From: a virus
Taxonomy: Duplodnaviria > Caudoviricetes
Length of the DNA stretch: 37,417 nucleotides
IMG/VR virus record: IMGVR_UViG_3300032253_000229
Location: 1 to 37,417 of that record
Reading direction: 5' to 3' (one strand)
The notes beneath the pieces were generated by a model, which searched no databases, had not been told where the DNA came from, and was given only the letters and a program-made list of their open reading frames with translations. Both the position numbers and the translations under genes were made by a program. Positions 8,901-17,593 of the stretch are shown one piece after another (the first letter of the stretch is position 1; every line of letters begins with the position of its first letter).

Positions 8901-9587
8901 AAGGTCAGAGATCGCCAGAGGTCCATATCCCCAGACCACCATCATTCGTAAATACTGCTCATCTCCTCGAATTTCACTATAGCTTTTAGCCCCCAGCGGC
9001 GGTGTCTGCCGGTGGGTGCCTAAAACACGGGGGATCGGGCTGTAAAGCCGGGCATTATTAGCGGAACCAGTGAGGCTGTATGTCGGGCTGTCAGCTGGCT
9101 GGTCTGGCCGTTTTAGCTGCGACGGTGGCGGCGGTGCCAATGCCGCTTGTACCAATGTGCCCACCAGTGAAATTGCAGCCCCTAGCAGCTGCCCTGCTGT
9201 GATCCCTCCAAAAACAGCGGTATTTGCCGCCGCTCCTAAAATCAGGCCGGGGCCAAAAAATGAGGCAGCGGCAAAGCCAAGCATCAGTACCATTTGGAGC
9301 GGGTTTTTCTTACCCCCACCACCGCCGCCCATGGGAACCACCGCCACGGTAATCTGTGCGCCAGCTTTTGGACGAACACTCTCCCACATATCTTTCGGGA
9401 TTTTCACATCACCGACGAAAACATGTGCATGACGCAGCAAAATCGGGTCAGGACAGGCGATCCACAATGCTTGCAGAATGTTCAAGCCTTCGGGCAAAAC
9501 CTGATCGACACGCTCGTTATGCAACGGGTGCATCAGGCCGGTAAACCGAAAACCGTCTCCCGAATTTTCAAGTAATTTATTACTCAT
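5967..9587 (-). CDS. Tail tip / host-specificity protein J with N-terminal gpI-like region
   Basis: 1206 aa; GGGGGGKKNP plus hydrophobic stretch (gpI-like), SPIPRVLGTHR, WGYGPL, NPA motifs, FN3-like repeats. Confidence 0.85.
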   Translation of the reverse strand: MSNKLLENSGDGFRFTGLMHPLHNERVDQVLPEGLNILQALWIACPDPILLRHAHVFVGDVKIPKDMWESVRPKAGAQITVAVVPMGGGGGGKKNPLQMVLMLGFAAASFFGPGLILGAAANTAVFGGITAGQLLGAAISLVGTLVQAALAPPPPSQLKRPDQPADSPTYSLTGSANNARLYSPIPRVLGTHRQTPPLGAKSYSEIRGDEQYLRMMVVWGYGPLAISDLKIGETPLANFAEVEVEHRYGYDTDTPLTLYSNDVNEEGLSILLNEVDGWQVRTTQINTDEITIDVAFLSGLVQFTSTNAKVDTSVDITFEIRAVGTIPWTNSITKTFTENTTSQVRRDFRWVVANGQYEVRGRRATPDNTQSTRIFDRCTWSALRSITYQDPFNLPGVAKTALVIRATDQLNGVVSQLNAVCTSILPDWDAATSTWITRATGNPASLFRAVMTGSANKRAVGTNRIALSKIEAWHEFCDANGYAFNGVVDFSSTVGQTLDQIASTGRASKTMEAGQFSVVIDQPQTVPIQHFTPRNSWGFSGERTFLDFPHGWRIRFVNELQGYAQDEMIVYADGYSSANASNFETLELPGITHPDLIWKFGRYHYATAQLRPETFTFYADIENIVCTRGDLIGLNHDVIFAGLGSGRIRSIIKDVSNNITDLELDDEATMEIGKVYALAIRTVLAGTQIYEVITNAGDQTTLSLKTPVADTIGIAVDDIYGFGEKGAESMDVLVHKIEPGQDLTAKLTVIPAAPAVYQADQGPIPAFTSNISLPAGLAAPAIQSIRSDGSVLIEAVGGGWINRMVVAFQEPGRARDDVASLQMAYRQQGGGDDSWEILPAVPATQLEIAISGVESGKIYEIKSRYILDNAQVMGWSAVVLHTVLGKEAPPADVAWLTVQQNGPNVTLRWPLHPERDVDQHILAYGPVGSVVADATSLTTASVGTVITTATVLPGNWDFFIRAVDSTGNISATATVARLNVISEFDMIVEVSGGPVWPGLANPASGGFIRNPLTGVLNPASTAIANTVDPFASYVPSPVALSTYQENEIDIEFDDNVRVWGTVSNQLGVSETGVLSNSLQVDYRRVADAYDGFEDWTVREVKGRYFKIMHQQDNTGGSACLTAFTSIVDMLERSKSATVTIAAGGTAVLFDTAFHNVPFIEVSAASVAGAVRIATWENITKTGFTANIYDAAGNSVGGTLNYRATGV

Positions 9588-10014
9588 CGATGGCCGGTCC
9601 TGCTTTGTAAAACCTCATTGAAGAATGCCTGAAAAACCCGATGATCCGTTTTTCAAATTTGAAGTTGTGATACTGCTCAAGCGCAACCCCAACGCCTTCC
9701 TGTGCATGGATAAGAAGCCCCGGCTTGACCACAAATCCAATATGAATGGGCCGTGACCTCATCCGCACCAGGACCGCGTCAAATTCCTGCTCACTGCCTG
9801 CCTCAACCTCAAACCAGTCGGCCCGATTATCTTCGATGAGCGTTGCCAGCCTTGGACCATTGCGGGTCGTGTCGTAGCAGGTGGCATATGACGGCAAATT
9901 CTCAAGGAGCTGCTCCCTGTAAATCAGGCGGCCCAAGCCCCAGCAATCTACCCCTTCATGATTTCGACCATGCTCTTGAAACGGGATTTTTATATAATCT
10001 GCAACCCACTCCAT
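9580..10014 (-). CDS. NlpC/P60 tail assembly protein (gpK-like)
   Basis: GVDCWGL catalytic Cys, HIG and LIHA His residues; located before gpJ. Confidence 0.85.
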   Translation of the reverse strand: MEWVADYIKIPFQEHGRNHEGVDCWGLGRLIYREQLLENLPSYATCYDTTRNGPRLATLIEDNRADWFEVEAGSEQEFDAVLVRMRSRPIHIGFVVKPGLLIHAQEGVGVALEQYHNFKFEKRIIGFFRHSSMRFYKAGPAIDE

Positions 10015-10487
10015 CAGAACAGCCCCGGCGCAAGGCCCGGCGTAAAACTGTCGCCGGGATAAGGCTCATCCAGAAAATTTTCAAGGCTCAAATCGCCCGT
10101 CACTTTCAGCACGTCATAACCCACATGGATCATCTGGTAATCGGGGAGATGCAGCTCGATCACTTCAGGGCTGGAAGCCATCACAATTTTGATATCAAAA
10201 CTGGCCGCTGACGAAATTGAGCGGACCGTTTTAACGATCTCACGATCTACATTGTCAATGGCAATTTTTGCATTAATGAATGTAGCGCCGCTACTTTCCG
10301 GCAAGGTGATTTCAAAGGGATAAGCCACATAAAGATCACCTGCATGGGTCAAATCTTCACGATCTGAACAAACCCGGATCGGTGCGGAAAGGTCCACATG
10401 ATCGATAGTAATGAGGATGATAAAAACCTCATCGGTTTCCGGGGCATAAATTGCGGCCTTGGCGGCATCAGAAATGGGCACACTCAT
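10014..10487 (-). CDS. Tail tip protein (DUF1833 / gpL-like)
   Basis: LITIDHVDLSAPIRVC, YVAYPFEITLP, IDNVDREI, FTPGLAPGLF; lies between gpM-like and NlpC genes. Confidence 0.75.
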   Translation of the reverse strand: MSVPISDAAKAAIYAPETDEVFIILITIDHVDLSAPIRVCSDREDLTHAGDLYVAYPFEITLPESSGATFINAKIAIDNVDREIVKTVRSISSAASFDIKIVMASSPEVIELHLPDYQMIHVGYDVLKVTGDLSLENFLDEPYPGDSFTPGLAPGLF

Positions 10488-10843
10488 GGTTGCAGCTCCA
10501 AGGATAGAGAGACCCTGTAATAAGCCCCGCCGCCACGCGGGGAGCCGTAGTCAGGTTCTTTGGCAAATTTGAAGGTTGCAGGCAGCTGGGTGCGCGGATG
10601 AACCCACGTAAAACTCAAAATACCCGACCTTAAAGTCGTGTTGAAAAACTGGTCAAGGGTCTCCACTTGCGCGGCAGTACAGTCAATTTGCCCGCTGATG
10701 GGACGAATGGCAGTGGTCGAGCGACGGCGGCGTTTATCGGGCCCCGTGGCCATCGGCGTTTTCAGCATGTTGGAAGGCGCGCTTTCACGGTAACCGGCGG
10801 CTTCAAAAAATTGCGGTAAAGTTGCGGGCCAGATATCGGTCAT
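10484..10843 (-). CDS. Distal tail / minor tail protein (gpM-like)
   Basis: WPATLP, TPMATGPDKRRRRST, FTWVHP; directly after the tape measure gene. Confidence 0.7.
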   Translation of the reverse strand: MTDIWPATLPQFFEAAGYRESAPSNMLKTPMATGPDKRRRRSTTAIRPISGQIDCTAAQVETLDQFFNTTLRSGILSFTWVHPRTQLPATFKFAKEPDYGSPRGGGAYYRVSLSLELQP

Positions 10844-13800
10844 CTTCCTGCTCCTTGACGGCGGACGCCATAGGCCTGTTGCATCGGCGCATCGAGCGCG
10901 CCAGACGCGATCCCGTCAGCCACTTTAGACAGGATAATACGGGTAATAGCCTGCCCGTCAGCGCCTTGTTGCTGGGAGACAGCTGGAGCCGCCGCATCAC
11001 CAGATCGCTGGTCAATAATTTGAACCACGGTGCCGCCACCAGCCCCTCGAAGGTCCACCGGGATGCGGCGACCGTCCGGCAGGGGCACATTGGCTTCGTT
11101 CATATCGCCTTCGGCCCAAATCGAGACTTGCGGACTGTTGGCAACGCCGCCCTTGCGGTAGGTACGGACAGGCAACTCACCTTGCGGGGTCATGATGCCG
11201 CCTTTTTCAAACCAGCTGAACAGACCCGCACCGGGGCGTACCGGATTGGCCCCGCCATAGCCGGGGGTGCCGGTAGGTCCAGAATTTCCGCCGCCGAATA
11301 ACCCTCCGAAACTATCAAAGATACCGCCTAAAAAGCTATTGAGCGGTTTGGCAATCGTCTGCTGATAAACCATCCGCAGCATGTCATCGATAATCATATC
11401 GACCATGTTGCTGAAAGCATCAGAGACTGTTTCAGTGCCCTTAATCATATTGACAAAACTGTCTTCAGCACCACGAGACGCTTTTTTAAGGGCATTTTCG
11501 GCGTTGGTCGCATGATCCGAATAGTCGTCATTAAGATCACTTAACGCCCGTTTAACGCCATCTGACCAGTCCTTGCTATCGCGCAATTGCTGATCCTGGG
11601 CATCTTTGATCTGGCGGCGGAAAATCTCGTCAATTTCGGCAGCAAATTGTTTATATCCGGCCTTCACCGGATCAAGACCTTTCAGGGCTTCATCGCGCCA
11701 TTTTTTGGCCTTGGCAATGGCCTGATCATAGGCAGGCAAACTGGCAAGCTGCGCCTCTTTTATCTGGTTGATCGTCTCAACATGCTTTTTCTCGATCTCG
11801 CTGGTGCGCGCAATGTTGGATTTGTAGCCCTCAATTGACAACATCGTTTTTTTCAAGGCTGCCCGCTCGGCGTCCGTCAGAACAATCCCTTTTTTCTTGG
11901 AGGCATTGGCAATCTCGCGCACTTTGTTTTCAGCATTGATGCTTTGTTTGGTGATATCATAGAGGTCTTTTGAAATCGCCCGCGCGCGATACAATTTATA
12001 AAGCTGTGCCTCCTCGCGCTTCAACGCATCCAGCCGGTCCGTGTAGATATTATCGGTGGCTGTCGCGCCCGCTTTGGACTTTTTGGGCTGAATATCGATC
12101 TCAATGGGTTTGCCAAGTTTCTGGATATTATCCAAAAGGCTTTGCAGCTGACGGTCAATTTTAGCGATTTCATCACGGGTCGCATCGGCCTGCCCCCCAC
12201 GCCGTTTAGTCAGCTTGTCAATGCCATACCGTTTGGCCAGTTTTGGATCAAGGGTGCCAAGCTCCGCCTCTTCTTTTCGCTGTTCAGCCAATCTGGTGGC
12301 CAGACGCGCGCGGGCGTATTGCAGCTCCACAACCGAAGCCTTGTTGGTTGCAATAGCTTCTTCCCTTCGCGCCGCCGCCATGGCTTTTGCATTTTCAATA
12401 CCGGTTTTCAAAACGCCATTGGCCTGATCCATGGCCGTTCGATAACGATCCGTTGCTGTGGTTGCATCCTCGGAACGCGAGGCAAACTGGTAAATGGCCT
12501 CTCCAGCTAAAACAATCAGGCCAATCGGTCCGCCCAGTAAAGTCAACGCCCGCCGTAAAACGGTCGCTCCGGCGGCGGCGATGCGCGATGCCGCGCCCAT
12601 GGCGATCATGCCAACAGCCGCCGTTTTGGACATCGTTGCCATCATTCGAAGCCCCACGATGGCCCCGGCCGATCCAAGCGTGCTACTGCTAAAAAGCCGG
12701 GTTGCCACGCGGGCCGCTGTGATCCCGACAACCAGCCGGGACATAGCGCCGATATTTTCGGCAGCAAATCCAGTAACTGCCCCGATATTTTTGCCAAGGG
12801 CGGCAATTCCCTCTTTGATTTCGGGGTCGCGCAAGGTAACGGTCAAGGCCTTGAATCCGGATGTTACGCCTGACAGAAAACCGCTTGCTGAAAACTCCAC
12901 CTGCAGGTCGAACATGGCATTTTTGAACCGGTTGGTCTCAGCGGTGGCCGACCTAACAGCGGCAGGCAAACCGTCCTTGAATGTTTTCCGCAACTCGGCG
13001 GCAAATTTGGGCAGGAAGTCGTCGGACATCACCTGTCCAAGTTCCAACATTTTGGAAAGTTCCGCCGTGTTTTTCCCCATCGCCCGCGCGGCAATCTGGA
13101 AGGCACCGGGCAACCGCTCTCCTAGCTGACCTCTAAGCTCCTCTGCCTGCACTTTCCCTTTTGAGGCAATTTGATTCAGGGCCCGAAGGGCACCGGACGT
13201 ATCATCGGCAGAAAGCCGCATGACCGTTGATGCTTCGGCCACGCCCAGGAATATGTTGCGCGTTGCCTCTCCTTCCAAAGCAGTGCCTTTGGTGGCCGCA
13301 GCCAGCTTGGTGTAATCGCCAACGGTTGATTGAAACTCCAGACCGAGCCGTTCGGCTTGATCCCGGACAAACCCGATTTCTTTGGCGCCGGTTGCCATCC
13401 CGCCAGTGGCCGCTGACATGGCATTTTCGATGCCTTCCATCTGGGCACCGGTATTGAATAGTTTGCGTGCCAGCAAGCCAAGGCCGAGGGCGGCAATGGC
13501 TCCGCGCATCCGGCCATATCCGCTAATCAGTTTCTCATTGTCATTCGCCAGTTTGCGGGATTGATTGCCTGCCTGTTTGGCCTTCATACGATATCGATCA
13601 ACCGCATTACTTGCCGATTTGGCAGTGCGGGTAATCTGCCCGTTCTTGCGGGCAAACGCCGCCGCATGACGGGCTGCGACACTGCTGGCTTTACCCGCTT
13701 CGGCGATTTTACGGCTCTGAAAACTGACCGCCGTTTTGACTATTTTCGCAGATTGACCCATGCGCATATTTGCCGAGACAAGCCTCAACGATGCTGTCGA

Positions 13801-13977
13801 TGTTCGGGAAATCTGTTGCCCGGCTTGCGCGATCTGCTGGCCTTGCCCGCTAACGGCGGTGCCGGTCTGTTTGGCGGTGCGGGCAAATTCTTTCTGGGCT
13901 TTACTCCCTTTGTCAAAGGCCACGACAAGGCCCTTGCTATCGCCTTTAACTACCAGTTTGACAATCATATCGCCCAT
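10840..13977 (-). CDS. Tail tape measure protein
   Basis: 1045 aa, Ala-rich helical; tape-measure motif ALNQIASKGKVQAEELRGQLGERLPGA; C-terminal FEKGG...AEGDMNEANVPLPDGRRIPV. Confidence 0.95.
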   Translation of the reverse strand: MGDMIVKLVVKGDSKGLVVAFDKGSKAQKEFARTAKQTGTAVSGQGQQIAQAGQQISRTSTASLRLVSANMRMGQSAKIVKTAVSFQSRKIAEAGKASSVAARHAAAFARKNGQITRTAKSASNAVDRYRMKAKQAGNQSRKLANDNEKLISGYGRMRGAIAALGLGLLARKLFNTGAQMEGIENAMSAATGGMATGAKEIGFVRDQAERLGLEFQSTVGDYTKLAAATKGTALEGEATRNIFLGVAEASTVMRLSADDTSGALRALNQIASKGKVQAEELRGQLGERLPGAFQIAARAMGKNTAELSKMLELGQVMSDDFLPKFAAELRKTFKDGLPAAVRSATAETNRFKNAMFDLQVEFSASGFLSGVTSGFKALTVTLRDPEIKEGIAALGKNIGAVTGFAAENIGAMSRLVVGITAARVATRLFSSSTLGSAGAIVGLRMMATMSKTAAVGMIAMGAASRIAAAGATVLRRALTLLGGPIGLIVLAGEAIYQFASRSEDATTATDRYRTAMDQANGVLKTGIENAKAMAAARREEAIATNKASVVELQYARARLATRLAEQRKEEAELGTLDPKLAKRYGIDKLTKRRGGQADATRDEIAKIDRQLQSLLDNIQKLGKPIEIDIQPKKSKAGATATDNIYTDRLDALKREEAQLYKLYRARAISKDLYDITKQSINAENKVREIANASKKKGIVLTDAERAALKKTMLSIEGYKSNIARTSEIEKKHVETINQIKEAQLASLPAYDQAIAKAKKWRDEALKGLDPVKAGYKQFAAEIDEIFRRQIKDAQDQQLRDSKDWSDGVKRALSDLNDDYSDHATNAENALKKASRGAEDSFVNMIKGTETVSDAFSNMVDMIIDDMLRMVYQQTIAKPLNSFLGGIFDSFGGLFGGGNSGPTGTPGYGGANPVRPGAGLFSWFEKGGIMTPQGELPVRTYRKGGVANSPQVSIWAEGDMNEANVPLPDGRRIPVDLRGAGGGTVVQIIDQRSGDAAAPAVSQQQGADGQAITRIILSKVADGIASGALDAPMQQAYGVRRQGAGR

Positions 13978-13980
13978 TGA

Positions 13981-14355
13981 TCAAGCCCTCACTGCGCGTT
14001 CCTGAAGAACGGTTAAAACTTCATTTTCCATGATCTGGATTTTCTCAAAAACGGATCGTTTATCTATAATTTCCAGCAACTCCATAAGTGCCGATACAGA
14101 CGCATAAATCAAACCGGTCCGCAGGCCATCCATGCCCGCACAATGCCACTGGGTGTCCAGCTGAAAAAACAGCCGGGCAGCGTCATGGTTTTGCGGATAA
14201 ACATCAACGGCCATCAGCTTTGAGGGTGGTCGCGATTTTATCCAGTTGGAAATTTCAACCTCATCTGTTCCACATTCCCTGAGCAAACTGGCAATGTCAT
14301 CATCCTCGATTTTTGGAGCGTCGCCGCCCGCGAAATGACGGGCGACGTCTCTTAG
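13981..14355 (-). CDS. Tail assembly chaperone gpT part (DUF1799-like), expressed by -1 frameshift
   Basis: Frame open from the slippery site through 13981; VYPQNHDAARLFFQLDTQW...GLIY...IQIMENEVL; no good independent ATG. Confidence 0.75.
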   Translation of the reverse strand, partial: LRDVARHFAGGDAPKIEDDDIASLLRECGTDEVEISNWIKSRPPSKLMAVDVYPQNHDAARLFFQLDTQWHCAGMDGLRTGLIYASVSALMELLEIIDKRSVFEKIQIMENEVLTVLQERAVRA

Positions 14356-14699
14356 TTTTTTACCAGAAAGTTATCCCCGTACATGGCCGTCAGATAGGCC
14401 CGAACGATAGCGGTTCGGATGTAAGGCACATCGAGAAAAGCGGCCACGTTGGCCTTGTTGAAGCCGAGCTTTTTACCATCAGGACCGGTCACATCTTCCC
14501 AGCCGATAAGCGCTTTTTCCATCATTTCAAAATCAGAGTTCCGGACCACATCATCGGTCGAGAGCTTGGCAACCTCGCTGTCAGAGAGAACCTTGAAACG
14601 CGCCCGAAATTCGGCACGGTCATGAGTGCCGTCATCGGTTGGCACCTCAATGATGACCGGCCAGTTGAATTCGTGTTTTTTGGAAAAGACAAAAGACAT
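14352..14699 (-). CDS. Tail assembly chaperone gpG-like
   Basis: Between tail tube and tape measure; WPVIIEVP, F-x-A-x-F and LIGWEDV motifs; ends at a slippery heptamer. Confidence 0.8.
   Translation of the reverse strand: MSFVFSKKHEFNWPVIIEVPTDDGTHDRAEFRARFKVLSDSEVAKLSTDDVVRNSDFEMMEKALIGWEDVTGPDGKKLGFNKANVAAFLDVPYIRTAIVRAYLTAMYGDNFLVKN
14355..14361 (-). other. Programmed -1 ribosomal frameshift site A AAA AAC
   Basis: Minus strand reads GTA AAA AAC TAA; -1 frame continues LRDVARHFAGGDAPKIEDDDIASLLRECG into the downstream ORF. Confidence 0.8.
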
Positions 14700-14708
14700 G
14701 TTTAAACC

Positions 14709-15638
14709 CTATTTAACTGTAATTGAAAGTTCGTCATCGCCGGTCGATGGTGTCGGAATGAGGTCCATATTCAACATGACAGTTCCGTTATCATCGCCGT
14801 AGCTGGGCGCTTTGATCTGGATTTTAGGGGCATCAATCTGGACGATGTTACCCGCCGCCGTTCCATGCACCAGCTGCAACGGTGCAAGCGCCGCTGAATT
14901 CGCCAGTGTGAAGAAATCCTTGGTGGTGACGGCCGGGGCCTCGATCGAGACACTTCCAGAGCCTTGACGGTCTGAAATTGTCACCTCTTCGGCCCCAACC
15001 AGGTTACGATAATTAACCTGATTGCCAATATCGAAATTAAGCGATTTCATGATGGCGGCATAGCCGTGCAGAGTGAAGGTCGGGCTGTTGCTGTTGGAGC
15101 CTTCGATGGGGGCTGTAAAGCCGCTCAATGTCGGCACCGGCATCGCGACTTCGGAAGGGTCGACATACAGTCCTGTAAAGTCGAATTTGAAATACGGAAT
15201 TTCGCCTGCGCCAAACTCGATTGATACATTGCCCCGCGCACCAGATAGCACATGCCGGGTGCCATCTTTAAAGAAATAAAGCGTGGCCGATCCGTAACTG
15301 CCCGAGACCGGATCATATTTGACATCAACGGCCGCCTGAATGGTTTCGGCAAAACCGCAAGCCAGTAACGCCGGGCCATAAGCCGGAGCTGTTCCTGCGG
15401 CCCCGGCACCGGCCATTTCAACCTTGAAAGAGCATTTGACATGTTTGCCAGCTAAAATTTCAGGCTTGGCTCCTAAAAAGCCGTCCAGCAGATTACGCGC
15501 CTTGTACTCGCCTTCGAGCGGACTGACATCGGCATCCGTCACCAGCAGGGCATTGGCGGCCCCTGTTGGCGTGGCATCGGTGCCATAAGTGACTTCGGAT
15601 TTAAGCAGAATGATGGATTGATTGGTCTGTTTTGACAT
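14709..15638 (-). CDS. Major tail tube protein
   Basis: 309 aa; KSEVTYGTD N-terminus, PAYGPALLACGF, beta-rich; upstream of the tail chaperones. Confidence 0.8.
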   Translation of the reverse strand: MSKQTNQSIILLKSEVTYGTDATPTGAANALLVTDADVSPLEGEYKARNLLDGFLGAKPEILAGKHVKCSFKVEMAGAGAAGTAPAYGPALLACGFAETIQAAVDVKYDPVSGSYGSATLYFFKDGTRHVLSGARGNVSIEFGAGEIPYFKFDFTGLYVDPSEVAMPVPTLSGFTAPIEGSNSNSPTFTLHGYAAIMKSLNFDIGNQVNYRNLVGAEEVTISDRQGSGSVSIEAPAVTTKDFFTLANSAALAPLQLVHGTAAGNIVQIDAPKIQIKAPSYGDDNGTVMLNMDLIPTPSTGDDELSITVK

Positions 15639-15658
15639 GGTCGATTTCCTCTATGCCT

Positions 15659-15910
15659 TTATATTTCGCGGGGCCGGGGTGATTTTTTTACTGGGGATGG
15701 CGAGGCCGTTGGATAGAAAACGCGACCACTCCCAACACTGCTTTTAGCGGGCGCTTTGACAGGACCGCCTGTTGCAAAAATTGGCCGGTCGAGCCGCGTA
15801 CCATCCGGGGTCCGCGCTGTATTGCCTTCGGGATGATCACGGGTGGCAGGTGTCACTTCAATACACTTGCCTTTCTTATCAATTTTATAGGTACCGCCAT
15901 TGCGTCTCAT
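15659..15910 (-). CDS. Small hypothetical virion-region protein
   Basis: ATG with AGGAGA RBS; fills the gap between terminator and tube genes. Confidence 0.5.
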   Translation of the reverse strand: MRRNGGTYKIDKKGKCIEVTPATRDHPEGNTARTPDGTRLDRPIFATGGPVKAPAKSSVGSGRVFYPTASPSPVKKSPRPREI

Positions 15911-15919
15911 GTCTTTCTC

Positions 15920-16336
15920 CTACGCCCGGTATTGAGCAGGAATGGTGAATTCGTCCTGCCAAAGAACAATTTGATTGGTAAAGGCCGCCAGCCGGCCGCC
16001 CTGAAAATAGGTGCCATTAATGGCTTCTGAGTGCCGCCAGCCATTAAGGATGACCTTTAGTTTGGCGCGTAAAATCATGATTTCCTCAAGCGCGCCGCCC
16101 CCTTGGCCATCGGCCACATTCTTGGTTTTCAACAAAACTGCAAAAGTGAATTTTTCGTCCTGGATAAAAGCCCCGGCCATCGCCTTGTTGGCATTGGCCG
16201 TCTCCGAGACCGGCAGTATGAAAGCGGCGGGCGTTATCCGCAGGCCATCAATATCGCCCGGGCGCGTGGCAATCTCGACCCGCTTCAATTCGGGAATGGA
16301 TGCGTCAATATAATCGCGAATTTCAACCAGCTTCAC
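15920..16336 (-). CDS. Tail terminator protein (Mu gp37-like)
   Basis: Likely GTG start at 16336 (VKLVEIRDY); TPAAFILP, LNGW, VLWQDEF; position after virion morphogenesis gene. Confidence 0.7.
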   Translation of the reverse strand: MKLVEIRDYIDASIPELKRVEIATRPGDIDGLRITPAAFILPVSETANANKAMAGAFIQDEKFTFAVLLKTKNVADGQGGGALEEIMILRAKLKVILNGWRHSEAINGTYFQGGRLAAFTNQIVLWQDEFTIPAQYRA

Positions 16337-16823
16337 GACTGATCTCCTTGAAATAATTGACCGTAATATTCTTGATGCGATCCGCATCATCGGGACCGAT
16401 GCCCACATGAGGGCGGGCAGGCAGAGTTACCGATTTGATAGTGATGAATTTACCGCCAATTTTGAAGCGCAGCGCCTTGCCATTTTTAGGGCGGATGGTG
16501 CCGCCGAATTGCTGGATGGCGGCATAAATTACATTGCTGCCAACCTCGGCATAATCCTTGCCAGACTGACCGATATAGGAATCCGCAAGGCGTCCGCTAT
16601 CGAGCAAGGTTTCGCCGCCCTCCATCTGGGCGCGCCTTGATGGCTTCCAAGGCTGACCATCTGGGCTTTCCTGATTTTGGAAATTGTCCTTAACATCCGA
16701 TTCCAGGCTTTTGCTAATAACTTTCATCAAAGGGGTCATATTGCGCGCGCCATCCAGTAACCGGTTGATGGTGCGCTCGGCGCTCATGTCATCAAGGGTT
16801 ATTTCCATGGAAAAACCACTCAT
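16323..16823 (-). CDS. Phage virion morphogenesis protein (Mu gpG-like)
   Basis: SPDGQPWKPS, LLDSGRLADS, VGSNVIYAAIQQFGG, LPARPHVGI. Confidence 0.9.
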   Translation of the reverse strand: MSGFSMEITLDDMSAERTINRLLDGARNMTPLMKVISKSLESDVKDNFQNQESPDGQPWKPSRRAQMEGGETLLDSGRLADSYIGQSGKDYAEVGSNVIYAAIQQFGGTIRPKNGKALRFKIGGKFITIKSVTLPARPHVGIGPDDADRIKNITVNYFKEISREAG

Positions 16824-16824
16824 A

Positions 16825-17244
16825 TCAGTAGCCTTTCAATTGGGTGCGCGAGAATATCCGCTCTTCGGCATCCACGGTCGGCGCGGCCGTCTGTAAAATT
16901 TCTGTATTGCTGTTCGTAAGCCCCAGCTGAATAATCCCGCGCGACACATCTGACAGATACTTGATGGCATCTTTATAATCTTGCTCAACCGCGTCCGGAC
17001 GGTCATCGCGATAGAGAAAATATCGGGTCAGGGCGCAGGCAATGCGGACAATATTCTGGGGGGTATCCAAGATCGGCAAATCATATTTACCCTGTAAATA
17101 GCCATCAATCAGGGCATCGGCATCGGCAAATTTAGCGTTGAGGACCGTGACATCGATGACGGTCACATTGACCCGGTCCGTCAGCTGGATCAGCTCGCTT
17201 TCGTCATACCGGTCTTTCATGTCCTGCAACGTCGCATATGCCAT
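16825..17244 (-). CDS. Head-tail adaptor (Mu gp36 / DUF1320)
   Basis: MAYATLQDM, DADALIDGYL...Y.LP, ACALTRYFLY, YKDAIKYL. Confidence 0.9.
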   Translation of the reverse strand: MAYATLQDMKDRYDESELIQLTDRVNVTVIDVTVLNAKFADADALIDGYLQGKYDLPILDTPQNIVRIACALTRYFLYRDDRPDAVEQDYKDAIKYLSDVSRGIIQLGLTNSNTEILQTAAPTVDAEERIFSRTQLKGY

Positions 17245-17262
17245 TTTGGGTCCTTGAAAAAT

Positions 17263-17291
17263 GTCTGACCGGGGAGACGGCCCCGTCAGAC
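17263..17291 (-). terminator. Putative intrinsic terminator/attenuator after head genes
   Basis: GTCTGACGGGG...CCCCGGTCAGAC stem followed by ATTTTT on the minus strand. Confidence 0.45.
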
Positions 17292-17360
17292 TTTCTCTGA
17301 CCTCCCCCGAAATTCCCCGTCTGAAATTTCGAGATCATCGGTCTTCGGGTATGATCGGTG

Positions 17361-17579
17361 TCAGTCGCTCAAGCGAACCGACAAATTAGGGTCAGAACAG
17401 AGGATTTCGAGTTCCTCCTCGGTAAATTTCGAGAGCGGATGAACCACCACCGCCGCCGGATGCGCGATACCGCACCGGCGATATCCGTCTTTGAAGGACC
17501 GGATACCGATTTTCTGGCCTTCTTCTTCGGCCTCCTGATTTTCAGGGGCAGTGTTTTTGGGTTTGCTGTTCTTAGTCAT
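17361..17579 (-). CDS. Mu gp35 / HI1506-like small protein
   Basis: GYRRCGIAH and L.SDPNLSV motifs; directly after the major capsid gene. Confidence 0.75.
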   Translation of the reverse strand: MTKNSKPKNTAPENQEAEEEGQKIGIRSFKDGYRRCGIAHPAAVVVHPLSKFTEEELEILCSDPNLSVRLSD

Positions 17580-17593
17580 GTTTTAAAAATCCT

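Noticed and set aside
3149-9587. Diversity-generating retroelement or invertible segment near tail fibre genes
   Set aside because: No reverse transcriptase, invertase, template/variable repeat pair or gix-like inverted repeats seen.
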